Below are positions 62,119 to 64,000 of a stretch of DNA of 64,000 nucleotides, in pieces. The first letter of the stretch is position 1. The number at the start of each line of letters is the position of its first letter. A program made the position numbers and the translations under genes. The DNA is from Bacteroidales bacterium (lineage in GTDB: Bacteria; Bacteroidota; Bacteroidia; Bacteroidales; WCHB1-69), in assembly GCA_017633255.1 (NCBI GenBank), contig JAGBPS010000022.1, forward strand, positions 2,963-66,962, in the 5' to 3' direction. The notes under the pieces were generated by a model that ran no database searches, was not told where the DNA came from, and saw nothing but the letters and a program-made list of their open reading frames with translations.

Positions 62119-62466
62119 ATGTTGAATCAGTACGAAACCGTTTTCATTATGACGCCCGTTTTATCTGATGACCAGATGAAGGAAACGGTAAAGAAATTTG
62201 AGAACATTCTCACCAGCAATGGTGCGGAATTAGTTCACGAAGAGGACTGGGGTCTCCGCAAATTCGAGTATCCTATCCAGAAAAAGTCCTCTGGATTTTA
62301 CCACCTGTTCGAATTCAAGGCAGAAGGTCCTGTGGTGAAAGAACTCGAACTGCAGTATCGCCGTGACGAGAGAGTCCTGAGATACCTGACCGTAGCTATG
62401 GACAAACACGCCGTCGCTTACAGCGAAAAGAGACGTAACCTGAAAAAAGAACCCAAAGCAGAATAA
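62119..62466 (+). CDS. rpsF: 30S ribosomal protein S6
   Basis: 115 aa. [25 protein letters not shown]. Confidence 0.95.
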   Translation: MLNQYETVFIMTPVLSDDQMKETVKKFENILTSNGAELVHEEDWGLRKFEYPIQKKSSGFYHLFEFKAEGPVVKELELQYRRDERVLRYLTVAMDKHAVAYSEKRRNLKKEPKAE

Positions 62467-62480
62467 GGAGGTAAAGAATT

Positions 62481-62756
62481 ATGGCAACAAATAACGAAAT
62501 CAAATATTTGACCCCGATCGCGGTTGATATCAAGAAGAAAAAATACTGCCGTTTCAAAAAGAGCGGTATCAAGTACATCGACTATAAAGATGCCGAATTT
62601 TTGAAGAAATTCGTCAACGAGCAAGGTAGAATCCTGCCTCGCCGTTTGACCGGTACTTCATTGAAATTCCAGAAGAAAGTGGCCCAGGCCGTGAAGAGAG
62701 CAAGACACCTTGCCTTACTTCCTTTCGTAACTGATAACTTAAAGTCAAACAACTAA
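62481..62756 (+). CDS. rpsR: 30S ribosomal protein S18
   Basis: 91 aa. [31 protein letters not shown]...A.KRAR.LALLP. Confidence 0.95.
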   Translation: MATNNEIKYLTPIAVDIKKKKYCRFKKSGIKYIDYKDAEFLKKFVNEQGRILPRRLTGTSLKFQKKVAQAVKRARHLALLPFVTDNLKSNN

Positions 62757-62770
62757 AAGGAGGAACAGCA

Positions 62771-63226
62771 ATGGAAATTATATTGAAACAAGACGTACAG
62801 AATCTCGGCTATGCCGACGAAATCGTTAAGGTGAAAGACGGCTATGCCAGAAATTACCTCATTCCCCAGGGAATGGCTATCTTGGCTACCGAACCCAATA
62901 AGAAAATGCTGGCCGAAACTTTGAAACAGCGCGCTTTCAAAGCTGAGAAGATCAGAAAAGAAGCTGAATTCTTGGCTGGAAAGATCGACGGCCTGACCGT
63001 GAAGATCTACACCAAGGCTTCTGAAAAAGGTACTATCTTCGGTTCTGTGAACAATATCGCAGTGGCTAACGCCCTGAAAGAACAGCACGATATTGAGATC
63101 GACCGTAAGAAAATCATCATCAAGGAAGACCATATTAAGGAATTGGGCAACTACACCGCTGTGGTGAACCTGCACAAGGACTTCAATAAGGTGAACTTGA
63201 ACCTGGAAGTGCTGGCCGAAGAGTAG
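62771..63226 (+). CDS. rplI: 50S ribosomal protein L9
   Basis: 151 aa. MEIILKQDVQNLGYADEIVKVKDGYARNYLIPQGMA. Confidence 0.95.
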   Translation: MEIILKQDVQNLGYADEIVKVKDGYARNYLIPQGMAILATEPNKKMLAETLKQRAFKAEKIRKEAEFLAGKIDGLTVKIYTKASEKGTIFGSVNNIAVANALKEQHDIEIDRKKIIIKEDHIKELGNYTAVVNLHKDFNKVNLNLEVLAEE

Positions 63227-63255
63227 TCGGAAGCGATTTCCAAAACCATAAAGAA

Positions 63256-63284
63256 ACGGATGCAAATGCGTCCGTTTTTTTTTT
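63256..63284 (+). terminator. Intrinsic terminator of the rpsF-rpsR-rplI operon
   Basis: ACGGATGC-aaat-GCGTCCGT (8 bp, one G-U pair) followed by a T9-10 run. Confidence 0.8.
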
Positions 63285-63363
63285 GCTTTGGGGTACTGTA
63301 AAAACTCCAATTTAAAAAAAATTTCAGATAGTCAATTTTTTTTGCGAATTGTAATAATTATTG

Positions 63364-63371
63364 TATATTTG
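63364..63371 (+). promoter_or_regulatory. -7 box TATATTTG with ~250-nt leader
   Basis: The only TAnnTTTG between the rplI terminator and ATG 63622. Confidence 0.45.
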
Positions 63372-63621
63372 CAGGATAATGTACTATTCTGAATAGCCAG
63401 CATTGTATTCTGTGTAATTGGCTGATATTCAGAATATTACAGAAAAAAGAAAGAGCCGTGGAAGACGAAAACACGTTCGTTTTTGCGTGTGGAATGTGCA
63501 AAAATGTGCCAAAAATGAGGTGTTTTTGAGGGAGAGAGAGGGTGAAAAAAGGTAAAAAAACGAAAGAAATTGAAAAGATAAACTAAAGAAGAGAAAAACG
63601 AAAAAAACAAAAATAATTACT

Positions 63622-64000
63622 ATGAAAAAAACATTATTAATTTTGAGTATGCTCTTGTCCGTGGCACTGGTGAATGCCCAGTCTGTGGATAGGGTTTACG
63701 GTGATTTTGCCTATGGCTTTGGCATGGCTAACGGGCAAGCCGGCAATTCGAGTTTCGAGATGGGCATACCGTTCTTCAGCCAGTATGGAACTTCCTATAC
63801 AGTGAGCGAGGGCGTTATGCAGGCTCAATTGCAGCTTTTCCAATTCGATTTGGCAGGTTGCCAGAATTCTGATGAGGTAAATCCCGACACGGTGAAGTTG
63901 AAAACAGGCTTCTTCCAAGGGTATGTGCCGGAAATGATTGTTTTTAATCATGATACCCTCTGGGTTTTCCCTCCGGGACATTATGATTCCACGGCTTACA
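63622..64000 (+). CDS. Secreted hypothetical protein, N-terminal 126 aa (continues past the window end)
   Basis: Not in the ORF track because there is no stop in the window. Own translation from ATG 63622: MKKTLLILSMLLSVALVNAQSVDRVYGDFAYGFGMANGQAGNSSFEMGIPFF.. is open to the edge. The minus ORF 63637..63981 is its shadow. Confidence 0.6.
   Translation, partial: MKKTLLILSMLLSVALVNAQSVDRVYGDFAYGFGMANGQAGNSSFEMGIPFFSQYGTSYTVSEGVMQAQLQLFQFDLAGCQNSDEVNPDTVKLKTGFFQGYVPEMIVFNHDTLWVFPPGHYDSTAY

Noticed and set aside
62753-63310. 185-aa minus-strand ORF over rplI
   Set aside because: It is antisense to the unmistakable L9 gene and crosses its terminator.
63637-63981. 114-aa minus-strand ORF at the window end
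   Set aside because: The + strand carries an open frame from ATG 63622 with a textbook signal peptide, preceded by a leader and promoter. The minus ORF is its shadow.

Overview
This is a 64-kb chromosomal segment from a Bacteroidota genome, probably Bacteroidales and Prevotella-like. The assignment rests on TAnnTTTG -7 promoter boxes about 20-25 nt upstream of start codons with no Shine-Dalgarno, T9SS C-terminal sorting domains, a BspA-type LRR surface protein, a PorW/SprE-like lipoprotein, and LpxK/KdsC/Mla envelope genes. I call 64 protein genes and one tRNA-Ser(UGA). Two genes run off the window edges and are missing from the ORF track: a UvrD/PcrA-type helicase at 1..1359(-) and a secreted protein at 63622..64000(+). 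Several track ORFs were trimmed to internal ATGs that sit just downstream of a -7 box. Most content is housekeeping: rlmN, sppA, lpxK, phoH, ddl, prfA, trxA, murA, mlaEF, purNM, queA, ribE, prmC, rpsF-rpsR-rplI, and a cell-wall hydrolase cluster. Three AT-rich accessory islets interrupt it: 18.5-22.3 kb (giant LRR/T9SS protein); 22.8-26.7 kb (ORF6N protein, orphan membrane protein, MNT-HEPN pair, orphan T9SS cargo); and 44.5-46.8 kb (HigBA, orphan secreted protein, XRE regulator). I found no novel multi-gene system, CRISPR array, transposase or prophage. The unusual material is the non-coding DNA. (1) Spacers after at least seven genes are gap-free arrays of 7-nt units, each starting with a stop triplet, and unit 1 is the gene's own stop codon. 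(2) A hairpin element family shows compensatory stem changes. (3) A promoter-proximal octamer module (TTGGCAY-ATTAGCAC...) precedes four genes. (4) A composite element is shared by two spacers 54 kb apart. (5) A 157-bp nested palindrome lies next to a GIY-YIG gene. (6) The same repeat vocabulary is inserted in frame inside coding regions (prmC, a glucosaminidase linker, and several C-termini). All homology calls come from motif recognition by eye; no searches were run.
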